Source: Caecitellus pseudoparvulus
Taxonomy: Eukaryota > Protista > Bigyra: Bicosoecida
NCBI GenBank assembly: GCA_965644315.1
Contig: CBFFRQ010000069.1
Coordinates: 806,001 to 870,000 of the forward strand
Direction: 5' to 3'
DNA: 64,000 bases
This document shows positions 49,801 to 61,400 of the stretch, piece after piece (the stretch's first letter is position 1; each line of letters starts with the position of its first letter). Position numbers and translations under genes: made by a program. Under the pieces are notes generated by a model. The model was not told where the DNA came from, did not search any database, and saw only the letters and a list, made by a program, of their open reading frames with translations.

Positions 49801-52800
49801 CAGGCTGGAAATCCATGGGGATGCCAGCAAGTGCCCTGGGCTTGCTCTCATGCAACAGCAGCGCTGGGACCAGCCGAGAAAGCTGTTCAGCACGACGGTA
49901 GGCAGGTGCAGCGCATGCTGCCGCGAGAACGCCCACAGCGACACCAGGTACGCCGCGGCCCCAAACCCCACAAGTGCGACCCAGAGGAAAGCAAGGGCTG
50001 CTGGTAGGACGGAAGGTGGCATTCCTATGTTCTCTTCAAGTAGCTCGCGCTGGCCGGGACGAGTCAGGCCAATCGTCAGTGCGAATAAGCCGATTGCTGT
50101 AGCCACGAGCGACAGTCCAATGCGGGAGCGGCACAAGAACGCAAGAACGGGGAGCTGTGCGCCGACTCCATACCGTCGAATGCCAAGGAAGTCAGCAACA
50201 CAACTACCCTCGCTGCCCTTCTCCGCTTGGAGCCGTGCACATCCTCTTGAGTCAAAGGGGTCCAGTTCCAACCTGAAGCTGTGCCTGTACCAGGTTGCAG
50301 TCGAAGTTGACACACACGCCACTGAGACAATGAATACAAACACCCACAGCGCTTCGGGTGCAACAACACTTCCAAACGCTGCCCAAGCGATACAGACTGA
50401 GAACACAAACGTGTGGCTGATGGGCACGAGGAGTACCAAGCTGCGAGGCCATGACACCTGTTGCAGGAGGCCTCGGAAGGCCAAAAGGCTCAAGCCAGCC
50501 GCGAGGAAAGATGCTGTTGCAAGACATCGCTGCAAGTGAACGCAGCCTTGGAATGAAGAGCAGCGTGCGGCTGCAGCCCCAACAGCAATCGCATACGTGC
50601 CGCCGGCTGCGAGGCAAACCAGCAAGCCCGCTAGGAAAGCCGACCCTGACCGCCAGGCCGGGACAAAAGGGACTGCGAGCAGAACATGCCAGCACGCAAC
50701 AGAAAGTGCCACTGGAAGAATCACGGTTTCGTGGGCCGCTTGCAGAGCTGCAATGCCCCCTGCGCCAAATAGCAGTGCAAAGCCTGTCCAAATCGGTGGT
50801 CCGAGCTGGCATGAACACCAGGCTGACGGCACATGAGCAGCACATGGCCCAGACCAATAGGGACTCCCTGCCCACAGCATCCTCATGCAGACGAATAGCG
50901 CCATGGAGACAAGCACCGTCAAGCCAACAACCCACTGTTCGACTGTCTCACCTTCGACGAAAGTGAGAGGCAGAGCCGCCGCTTTGCACTCCCCAGCCTG
51001 GGAGAAACGCGCAATGGCACCAAGACTGGAGCCTGGGGACGAAAGAGACGAAAGAAAAACCCAAAATAGCACGATCGAGAACGGCACGGCGCTCAGGAGA
51101 ATGCTGATGAGCAGCCACTTGGAAGTGGCTGACATGCCCCCCAGTGTGCCTCGCCCTATTGCTGAAAGCGCCACTTCTGACGGCCTCAGCTCCACCTCAC
51201 CCTCAGTACTGTTGGGCTGGACTTTTTCTTTTGCTTCGCCCTTTGTTGCAGTTTCTCCTGAGTGTGCAAGCGCCATTTGACCAGCCATTGAGCGCACGGC
51301 GTATGCAGCGAGCAACTCCGACTCAAGAGGTGGAAACCCTGATGCAATAGCGCTCTCCAGGACAAAGACCACGGAAATGGCCCAAACTGCACAGAAACCC
51401 AAGAACCAGTACCCCAAGGGTGGGACAAGGATGGCCAAGCGAGCGATGGTCATAGCCACAACAGCCTCTCGGCGCGACTCCCAAGGAGCCAGCGACACAA
51501 TAAACGCCCAACTTGTCTGCTCCAAAATGATTGCGGTGCTAAGTCCAAAGATATGGCACCCGAGTGACGCTGCAGTTTCCGCAACCATGCCCGCCCCATC
51601 TTTGAGCCAGACCCCTGGCGAAGCAAACGCGTACCCAAGAGCAACAGGAGCTGCAGCAGTGCACCACATGAACACCAAGAAAGTGCTGAATGAGACGGGC
51701 ATGCAAAAGCATCTCGTGCAGCGATACAGTCGGTAGTGAGGTGTGCAGCATTTGCATGTGCACTCGCACGAAACCTGATTGGCGGGCCTGAACGAAAGCA
51801 ACAAAGGAGCGCCAGCTTGTGCTGGAGGACGTTGCTCCGCAGAGTGTGACACACCAATCTGAACATGGGGTCTTGAAACCTGGGTCCCTTCCGCAGCTTC
51901 ACCTCCCCGCCTTTCATCTTCAGCGGTCGCTTGAACCTCGCTCACTGGATGGTGCTGTGTCTTGTATGCTGCCTTGATGCTCGCACACAGTGTGATCGGC
52001 AGCACCTCCGCCACAGTTCTTGCATCTGTCAGTGAGAGTGAAGTCTCTTTTCGTGATGGAACCTGCGGCTCGGTTGAACCCGTTTGGCTTGCCCTGAGCC
52101 AAGCGCAAACACAGCCGCAGGCGCGGCATGTCGCCGGATGCAGCGGCCCATTCGCCATCGCTACCCTGCCATCGCGAGTTTGGGAGGCGTTTCTCGAATC
52201 ACGTGTTTTCTGAAGGCCGCAATTTGGATCAATGTCTTGAGGAGCAAAGGCCTCATGGTCCCGGCCCAGAGTCCAGTTGCTCCGGGCGTACAGCAGGACC
52301 ACCAAAGAGAGGAGGTTCATGACTGCCATGAGAGAGGCAATGGTTCGGAATCGGCTCGCATCTCCAAGTGCTCCAACTGAGGGAACATGCTGAGCTGCCC
52401 GACCAGGAATCCTGCTGCACTTCGACCCAGCTTGGGGTACGTCTGGCCCAAGCGTGTTGGTTGTGCTAGAGAAGGATACCACGTACAGACAAGCCGATGC
52501 AAGGAGCAGTCCAGATGCAAGCAGAAAGAGGAAAATGCTCGCTGGGTTGGGTATGTACCTGTCAACTTTCAGCTTCATGAGGCCAAGGTGGACGGCAAGC
52601 CAGCTGGACGGCAGCAGCACGGCCACAACTATGAGAAGGTGCAGCACACGGCTATCAAGGCACTCCATGGCATCCTGCAGTCCATCGTACTTAAGCTTGA
52701 CATACACTGACATGCACACAACAAAAATTCCGCTGAAAGTTGCTGGAAGGAGTGAGATTGCGAGGGGAAGCGCTGCACCGTCCCGGGCAGGCCTCACCAC

Positions 52801-53070
52801 CCACGTCTCAGCCTTTGCCGCTGCTGCTTTCCAGTAAATCAGCACCCATGCGACGGCGGTGACGGCAACAAAGGAAACAACCCCAATGGTAAGTGCAGCC
52901 GTGGTCCCCTCCTCTGCGTGTGCGGGCGCATCTTCCCAGTATGGAGCAGTGCATGGCTGCGCCAGTGGAAGTCAGGTGAGTGTCGCGGCGACCTGGCGGC
53001 ACCAACATCCCGCAAAACGCACCAGGTACATGCACCATGCCGGCAAAGGTGTCGTAGAATTGTTATTCAT
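46858..53070 (-). CDS. Multi-pass transmembrane calpain (DEK1/TML-calpain-like), ~2050 aa; exons 53070-53023, 52956-46858
   Basis: More than 20 hydrophobic segments in the N-terminal ~1200 aa. CysPc triad QGRLDDCWLLAAL (~48545), HAYAV (~47747) and RNPHG (~47684). Possible C2-like C-terminus. A 66-nt intron 52957-53022 (gtgcgt...cctgac...gcag) removes an in-frame TGA. Confidence 0.85.
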
Positions 53071-53318
53071 GGCTCTTTCAACCGAAAGAACGCCCAATCA
53101 ATGAGCCACAAGAGCAGGATTCCCAAGCGTTCAGACGTGTATGCTTCTCCAGTGCAGCCAGCCGCACTTGCTGCCGGCACACCCTGTGTGTCGGTTGTGT
53201 GCAAGGGTGCAGACATGAACAAGGGGGAGATGGGTATGTGTAATTTACCGATTTCATGACACTGCATTCTTGCGGGGGACTGACCACTGCCGCCGCCCAC
53301 GTCCAGAGCTAGCTGGGT

Positions 53319-54311
53319 TCAAGCAAAGTCCTTCACCTCATCCAGTGGGTTTGCTTGGGACCTGTCCCCTGCTGCAGGAGGCACGCTGCGGGCAGTGCTT
53401 GCAGATGCAGCGCCGCCCATGCGGTGCAGCATGACGAGAAGTGCAACTGTGCCGACAAAAGCCGCTCCACTGAAGCACAGAGCGAACGTGATGAAAAACC
53501 TGCGCAAAATGGGGACTGGAGTGCACCTTGGCGAGGGTGGTGGTGAAAGGCAACGAGCTCGCACCATCCAACAGAGTACTCAAAGTCAGCATTGTTGAAG
53601 CTGAACTGCTTCAGAATTTCCCCCGCCATGGCGTTCGCAGCAGAGGCCAGCCCCATTGCAATCAAGCCGGAAAGGAAACTCAAGCCAGCAAGGACACACA
53701 TCGCGATGAAGATGGTTCGAGAAATGGCCCCTCCTCGAGTATATGACAGAATACCGCTGACCGTTGCAGTCAGAAAGCTGCAGATGGCAACCACAATGGC
53801 AAAGCCCCACGCAGCGCGCATGCGTCCCATGACATCCTTTTGGGTGTCAGTCAGTGGGTCAGATGGCTCCTCCCCTGTGAGAGAGAGGAGGATGTGCCCG
53901 AACGCTCGCAGGTGTCGAGAGCCAGGTGATGCATAAACGCACAGTCGAAGCAGGTCAGACCGTTCTTGATGGCCGAGTTCTTACTCTCTGTGACCTTCCT
54001 GCACCAAGTGACCGGCCCGAAGAAAAATTGCACTTTGCCAGCCTGCGAAGCGAGCAAACCAGGCAGCTGGCGGCGTCCATCGGCTGCCACCGCGAGAACC
54101 GGCCAAACTGACATCTGCCACGGGGTTGTTCAATGATACGAAAGACCACATATCAGTCACTGCCAGGCTGATCCCAGAAAAGAAGATTGCGGCGAGTGAG
54201 GCCACGAGAACTGCAAGGTGCAGCGGCGGTGGCGTGCCGTGAAAGTGCAGTGCAGCAGGCTTGCTGCGTGGGGTGCGACAAACCTCCGAGCAAAACCCTG
54301 CTGACATTCAT
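53319..54311 (-). CDS. Claudin/PMP22-superfamily four-TM protein, 238 aa; exons 54311-54284, 54210-54113, 54042-53943, 53874-53565, 53499-53319
   Basis: Four phase-consistent GT-AG introns (73, 70, 68, 65 nt). Spliced layout: TM1, then W...FGPVTWC...C loop, MRAAWGFAIV TM2, TM3, YSVGWFF TM4. This is the W-GLW-C-C / YxxGW layout of the superfamily. Confidence 0.75.
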
Positions 54312-55494
54312 GGTGACTCAAGTGGCACCTCCCTGAAGCTTATGAGCGCAGTTCACGGCGCTGGAGTGTCTCAGGCAGCCGCGCACGGTTTGGTTGCGGA
54401 AATCGGTGTGGCAGCAGGCCTGGAGAAGTAGCTTGCAGCGCCGTCAGTGTGACGAGGCGGGGAGAATTTGAATCATTGGAGAGCGTTTTGTTGAGTAATG
54501 TTTATGTCGGTGTACTCTGTGGGCCAGCCCGACAAAGGGCGGAAAGGCCCCGTGGACACGTAGCTTGGGACACCCGTCTGTATCGGCCCCAGGTCGGACG
54601 CGCGAGGTCGAGCGAGCCAGCGACAAAACTAAACCTAACCTCACGTATCTCACTTTGGGGTATGTCAAGACTTGATGTACGCAATTGAAGCAAAAGTCCC
54701 TGACTCCAGTGATCGTCGTGCGGCTTACTCTCAACCACGGTCCGCACCACCTGGAGCTCCTGCGGCCCAGCACAGTGAAAAGGCTTGCTCCCTAACTGAC
54801 AGGGCAGCTGTAGGGTACGTTTAGCTCCACCAACGCACTGATTGCGTCTCTTTTGCGTGTGCGTGCCTTGCTGCGAGGCAGTGGTGCACGGCGTTCTTCG
54901 GCGGGCTGCATGCGGCAGTTCTCCAAGCTCCATGGACGAAGCAGCGCTTGCACACACACGACCGGCAGCTTTCCGTGGCCGGCGAAAAGTTGATTGTGGA
55001 GATTGGTTGCCTGGCTGGCCCTGTATAAATGCCTGCGAACCCACGTGCCTGTGTCGAGCATGAGCTGTGCGCGCACCAGCACCCCGTCTAGCTCAACCAT
55101 CCCACCATGTGCTTGCTGCGCACGTCGCTGCGCGATTTGTGCTCTGAGTGTTGACAATGCCAGTACCCTGTTGATGCCTCATGAATTTCTGGGCTGGTGG
55201 CCTTCCTCTGCGGGCGGTGCTCCAGGGTTCACGAAGTGTGTCGGTGGGCGACACGCCTTTCGGCACGTTTCAACGCGCTGTGTCCAAGACCTCGCCCCAG
55301 CGCCGTGAAGTCCGAGGCAAGGGAGTGTTTCATTCTGTACATTGCTCAGCGCCCATGCCCCTGCGTCATCTGTCGCTGAATCGCTGTTGTCCTCGCCCAG
55401 AGACCTGCCTATTTTTACTTCCACACCGCAACTTCCGCCCCTTACAGAGCGAGCTTGCTGCACCAGGAACCGCGGAGGGCCTCCAGAGGTCATC
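54312..55494. promoter_or_regulatory. Divergent intergenic region between claudin-like and cadherin genes
   Basis: Longest non-coding gap in the window (~1.18 kb). TATAAAT at 55024-55030. No convincing ORF. Confidence 0.35.
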
Positions 55495-58400
55495 ATGATG
55501 GGCCCCTCACACATAGTCCTTGGTGTTCTCTTGCTGAGCAGAGTTGCAGCAGCCATGCTTCCTACAGAGTGTGCAGCTGGAGGCGCCGTGAACTGCACCA
55601 TGGTTGAAGGTGTAAATGCCTCACAGTCCCTCTGCTGGCAAGAGACACTTCAAGTCCCAGAGAGGACACCGGACTGGCACCGTTTGTTGCCATCTCGTGC
55701 TTTGGAGAGCATGTTCAGTGTTTTCAATGGTCCCAGCACGTTCGCTTCGCCCAACTACACCGACGTTGTTTGGTCATCCAATCGTAAGTCTGACAGCTCC
55801 CAAGGTCTCTCTCTGCGTGCAGTTGGCAGCATGATCACGCCCCCACAATCTGCACAGAGACGGACTTTGAGCTCAAGCTGGATGCGGGCTCCATGGCGCA
55901 GGATGTGAACTCTAGCATCGGGTGGAGGGATGCCGGGCACACGCTTGGGCTGGGCTACAACTCTTCGAATGATGAGTACTTCCTGACCTCCAGCGTACCA
56001 CTCGACTTCGAAACTGCAAAGGATCAAGGAAACGGCACCCGCATTCTCTATGCCTTGGTGTCTGCCTGCCGCGGGGGGGACTACAACACAAACTGTTCGA
56101 GCCTAACGAACACCACTGGGACACAGGCTGAAGCATTCCGAAACCCAACCGGAGCAGACCAAGCAAATCAATCACTCGCGGCTGAGATCCGAAGTGTGTG
56201 TGTGGTCCTGGAGGTTATGGATGAACCAGAAGCACCTGAGTTGGCGTCGGGCCCCAGTGCTGTGTCTGTGGCCGAGGAGGCGGCGGGCGTGGAGGTGGGC
56301 ACCTTTGCGGTGTTTGACCAGGACGCCGGGTCGACGCTGACGTGGAACATCAGCGACGTGTCCCCATGGAGCGGGTGGGGCTTGTTCGAGCTGAACAGCA
56401 CCGACACGACGGACGGCACGTGGGGTGTGAAGACCATGCGCGTGGCGGGCGTGCTGGACTACGAGGATGCACGGGAGTACAACGTGACGCTGACTGTGAG
56501 CGACGGCAGCCTGAACCTGACCCACGTGGTGCGTGTGGAGGTGGTGGATGTGAACGACCCGCCGGTGTTCGTGTCGTGGAGCGCCAATGCGGTGGTGTTT
56601 GAGAACGAGGGGGGTGTGTCGTTTGGGGACGCGTTGGTGGTGATGGACGAGGACGTGGGCGACGTCTTGACGTGGTCTGTGGTGAGCGTGTCGCCTGTGA
56701 ACGGCAGCGCGTTGATCAGGCTGAACGACAGCAGCACCAGCGTGGGGGGTCCTGCAGGGACAGGCCGGCAGTTGGAGGTGGCGGTGGCGGAGGGTCTGGA
56801 CTACGAGGCGTGGCCGGAGTACAACGTGACGGTGTCTGTGCAGGACAGCGCGGGGAACGAGTCGGTGGTGGTGGTGCGGGTGCAGGTGGTGGACACGGCT
56901 GACCCGCCGATGTTGGCGTCGGGCCCCAGTGCTGTGTCTGTGGCCGAGGAGGCGGCGGGCGTGGAGGTGGGCACCTTTGCGGTGTTTGACCAGGACGCCG
57001 GGTCGACGCTGACGTGGAACATCAGCGACGTGTCCCCATGGAGCGGGTGGGGCTTGTTCGAGCTGAACAGCACCGACACGACGGACGGCACGTGGGGTGT
57101 GAAGACCATGCGCGTGGCGGGCGTGCTGGACTACGAGGATGCACGGGAGTACAACGTGACGCTGACTGTGAGCGACGGCAGCCTGAACCTGACCCACGTG
57201 GTGCGTGTGGAGGTGGTGGATGTGAACGACCCGCCGGTGTTCGTGTCGTGGAGCGCCAATGCGGTGGTGTTTGAGAACGAGGGGGGTGTGTCGTTTGGGG
57301 ACGCGTTGGTGGTGGTGGACGAGGACGTGGGCGACGTCTTGACGTGGTCTGTGGTGAGCGTGTCGCCTGTGAACGGCAGCGCGTTGATCAGGCTGAACGA
57401 CAGCAGCACCAGCGTGGGGGGTCCTGCAGGGACAGGCCGGCAGTTGGAGGTGGCGGTGGCGGAGGGTCTGGACTACGAGGCGTGGCCGGAGTACAACGTG
57501 ACGGTGTCTGTGCAGGACAGCGCGGGGAACGAGTCGGTGGTGGTGGTGCGGGTGCAGGTGGTGGACACGGCTGACCCGCCGATGTTGGCGTCGGGCCCCA
57601 GCGCTGTGTTTGTGGCCGAGGAGGCGGCGGGCGTGGAGGTGGGCACCTTTGCGGTGTTTGACCAGGACGCCGGGTCGACGCTGACGTGGAACATCAGCGA
57701 CGTGTCCCCATGGAGCGGGTGGGGCTTGTTCGAGCTGAACAGCACCGACACGACGGACGGCACGTGGGGTGTGAAGACCATGCGCGTGGCGGGCGTGCTG
57801 GACTACGAGGATGCACGGGAGTACAACGTGACGCTGACTGTGAGCGACGGCAGCCTGAACCTGACCCACGTGGTGCGTGTGGAGGTGGTGGATGTGAACG
57901 ACCCGCCGGTGTTCGTGTCGTGGAGCGCCAATGCGGTGGTGTTTGAGAACGAGGGGGGTGTGTCGTTTGGGGACGCGTTGGTGGTGGTGGACGAGGACGT
58001 GGGCGACGTCTTGACGTGGTCTGTGGTGAGCGTGTCGCCTGTGAACGGCAGCGCGTTGATCAGGCTGAACGACAGCAGCACCAGCGTGGGGGGTCCTGCA
58101 GGGACAGGCCGGCAGTTGGAGGTGGCGGTGGCGGAGGGTCTGGACTACGAGGCATGGCCGGAGTACAACGTGACGGTGTCTGTGCAGGACAGCGCGGGGA
58201 ACGAGTCGGTGGTGGTGGTGCGGGTGCAGGTGGTGGACACGGCTGACCCGCCGATGTTGGCGTCGGGCCCCAGCGCTGTGTCTGTGGCCGAGGAGGCGGC
58301 GGGCGTGGAGGTGGGCACCTTTGCGGTGTTTGACCAGGACGCCGGGTCGACGCTGACGTGGAACATCAGCGACGTGTCCCCATGGAGCGGGTGGGGCTTG

Positions 58401-61400
58401 TTCGAGCTGAACAGCACCGACACGACGGACGGCACGTGGGGTGTGAAGACCATGCGCGTGGCGGGCGTGCTGGACTACGAGGATGCACGGGAGTACAACG
58501 TGACGCTGACTGTGAGCGACGGCAGCCTGAACCTGACCCACGTGGTGCGTGTGGAGGTGGTGGATGTGAACGACCCGCCGGTGTTCGTGTCGTGGAGCGC
58601 CAATGCGGTGGTGTTTGAGAACGAGGGGGTGTGTCGTTTGGGGACGCGTTGGTGGTGGTGGACGAGGACGTGGGCGACGTCTTGACGTGGTCTGTGGTGA
58701 GCGTGTCGCCTGTGAACGGCAGCGCGTTGATCAGGCTGAACGACAGCAGCACCAGCGTGGGGGGTCCTGCAGGGACAGGCCGGCAGTTGGAGGTGGCGGT
58801 GGCGGAGGGTCTGGACTACGAGGCGTGGCCGGAGTACAACGTGACGGTGTCTGTGCAGGACAGCGCGGGGAACGAGTCGGTGGTGGTGGTGCGGGTGCAG
58901 GTGGTGGACACGGCTGACCCGCCGATGTTGGCGTCGGGCCCCAGTGCTGTGTCTGTGGCCGAGGAGGCGGCGGGCGTGGAGGTGGGCACCTTTGCGGTGT
59001 TTGACCAGGACGCCGGGTCGACGCTGACGTGGAACATCAGCGACGTGTCCCCATGGAGCGGGTGGGGCTTGTTCGAGCTGAACAGCACCGACACGACGGA
59101 CGGCACGTGGGGTGTGAAGACCATGCGCGTGGCGGGCGTGCTGGACTACGAGGATGCACGGGAGTACAACGTGACGCTGACTGTGAGCGACGGCAGCCTG
59201 AACCTGACCCACGTGGTGCGTGTGGAGGTGGTGGATGTGAACGACCCGCCGGTGTTCGTGTCGTGGAGCGCCAATGCGGTGGTGTTTGAGAACGAGGGGG
59301 TGTGTCGTTTGGGGACGCGTTGGTGGTGGTGGACGAGGACGTGGGCGACGTCTTGACGTGGTCTGTGGTGAGCGTGTCGCCTGTGAACGGCAGCGCGTTG
59401 ATCAGGCTGAACGACAGCAGCACCAGCGTGGGGGGTCCTGCAGGGACAGGCCGGCAGTTGGAGGTGGCGGTGGCGGAGGGTCTGGACTACGAGGCGTGGC
59501 CGGAGTACAACGTGACGGTGTCTGTGCAGGACAGCGCGGGGAACGAGTCGGTGGTGGTGGTGCGGGTGCAGGTGGTGGACACGGCTGACCCGCCGATGTT
59601 GGCGTCGGGCCCCAGTGCTGTGTCTGTGGCCGAGGAGGCGGCGGGCGTGGAGGTGGGCACCTTTGCGGTGTTTGACCAGGACGCCGGGTCGACGCTGACG
59701 TGGAACATCAGCGACGTGTCCCCATGGAGCGGGTGGGGCTTGTTCGAGCTGAACAGCACCGACACGACGGACGGCACGTGGGGTGTGAAGACCATGCGCG
59801 TGGCGGGCGTGCTGGACTACGAGGATGCACGGGAGTACAACGTGACGCTGACTGTGAGCGACGGCAGCCTGAACCTGACCCACGTGGTGCGTGTGGAGGT
59901 GGTGGATGTGAACGACCCGCCGGTGTTCGTGTCGTGGAGCGCCAATGCGGTGGTGTTTGAGAACGAGGGGGGTGTGTCGTTTGGGGACGCGTTGGTGGTG
60001 GTGGACGAGGACGTGGGCGACGTCTTGACGTGGTCTGTGGTGAGCGTGTCGCCTGTGAACGGCAGCGCGTTGATCAGGCTGAACGACAGCAGCACCAGCG
60101 TGGGGGGTCCTGCAGGGACAGGCCGGCAGTTGGAGGTGGCGGTGGCGGAGGGTCTGGACTACGAGGCGTGGCCGGAGTACAACGTGACGGTGTCTGTGCA
60201 GGACAGCGCGGGGAACGAGTCGGTGGTGGTGGTGCGGGTGCAGGTGGTGGACACGGCTGACCCGCCGATGTTGGCGTCGGGCCCCAGTGCTGTGTCTGTG
60301 GCCGAGGAGGCGGCGGGCGTGGAGGTGGGCACCTTTGCGGTGTTTGACCAGGACGCCGGGTCGACGCTGACGTGGAACATCAGCGACGTGTCCCCATGGA
60401 GCGGGTGGGGCTTGTTCGAGCTGAACAGCACCGACACGACGGACGGCACGTGGGGTGTGAAGACCATGCGCGTGGCGGGCGTGCTGGACTACGAGGATGC
60501 ACGGGAGTACAACGTGACGCTGACTGTGAGCGACGGCAGCCTGAACCTGACCCACGTGGTGCGTGTGGAGGTGGTGGATGTGAACGACCCGCCGGTGTTC
60601 GTGTCGTGGAGCGCCAATGCGGTGGTGTTTGAGAACGAGGGGGGTGTGTCGTTTGGGGACGCGTTGGTGGTGGTGGACGAGGACGTGGGCGACGTCTTGA
60701 CGTGGTCTGTGGTGAGCGTGTCGCCTGTGAACGGCAGCGCGTTGATCAGGCTGAACGACAGCAGCACCAGCGTGGGGGGTCCTGCAGGGACAGGCCGGCA
60801 GTTGGAGGTGGCGGTGGCGGAGGGTCTGGACTACGAGGCATGGCCGGAGTACAACGTGACGGTGTCTGTGCAGGACAGCGCGGGGAACGAGTCGGTGGTG
60901 GTGGTGCGGGTGCAGGTGGTGGACACGGCTGACCCGCCGATGTTGGCGTCGGGCCCCAGCGCTGTGTCTGTGGCCGAGGAGGCGGCGGGCGTGGAGGTGG
61001 GCACCTTTGCGGTGTTTGACCAGGACGCCGGGTCGACGCTGACGTGGAACATCAGCGACGTGTCCCCATGGAGCGGGTGGGGCTTGTTCGAGCTGAACAG
61101 CACCGACACGACGGACGGCACGTGGGGTGTGAAGACCATGCGCGTGGCGGGCGTGCTGGACTACGAGGATGCACGGGAGTACAACGTGACGCTGACTGTG
61201 AGCGACGGCAGCCTGAACCTGACCCACGTGGTGCGTGTGGAGGTGGTGGATGTGAACGACCCGCCGGTGTTCGTGTCGTGGAGCGCCAATGCGGTGGTGT
61301 TTGAGAACGAGGGGGTGTGTCGTTTGGGGACGCGTTGGTGGTGGTGGACGAGGACGTGGGCGACGTCTTGACGTGGTCTGTGGTGAGCGTGTCGCCTGTG

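Noticed and set aside
52957-53022. In-frame TGA upstream of the calpain ORF, suggesting readthrough or a variant genetic code
   Set aside because: It lies inside a canonical 66-nt GT-AG intron with a branch-like CCTGAC, and TGA terminates several genes here.
54620-54740. Telomere-like CTAAACCTAACC and RNase MRP-like AAAAGTCCC / GGCTTACT motifs
   Set aside because: The first is too short and degenerate. The MRP-like motifs are only ~25 nt apart, which is incompatible with that RNA's size.
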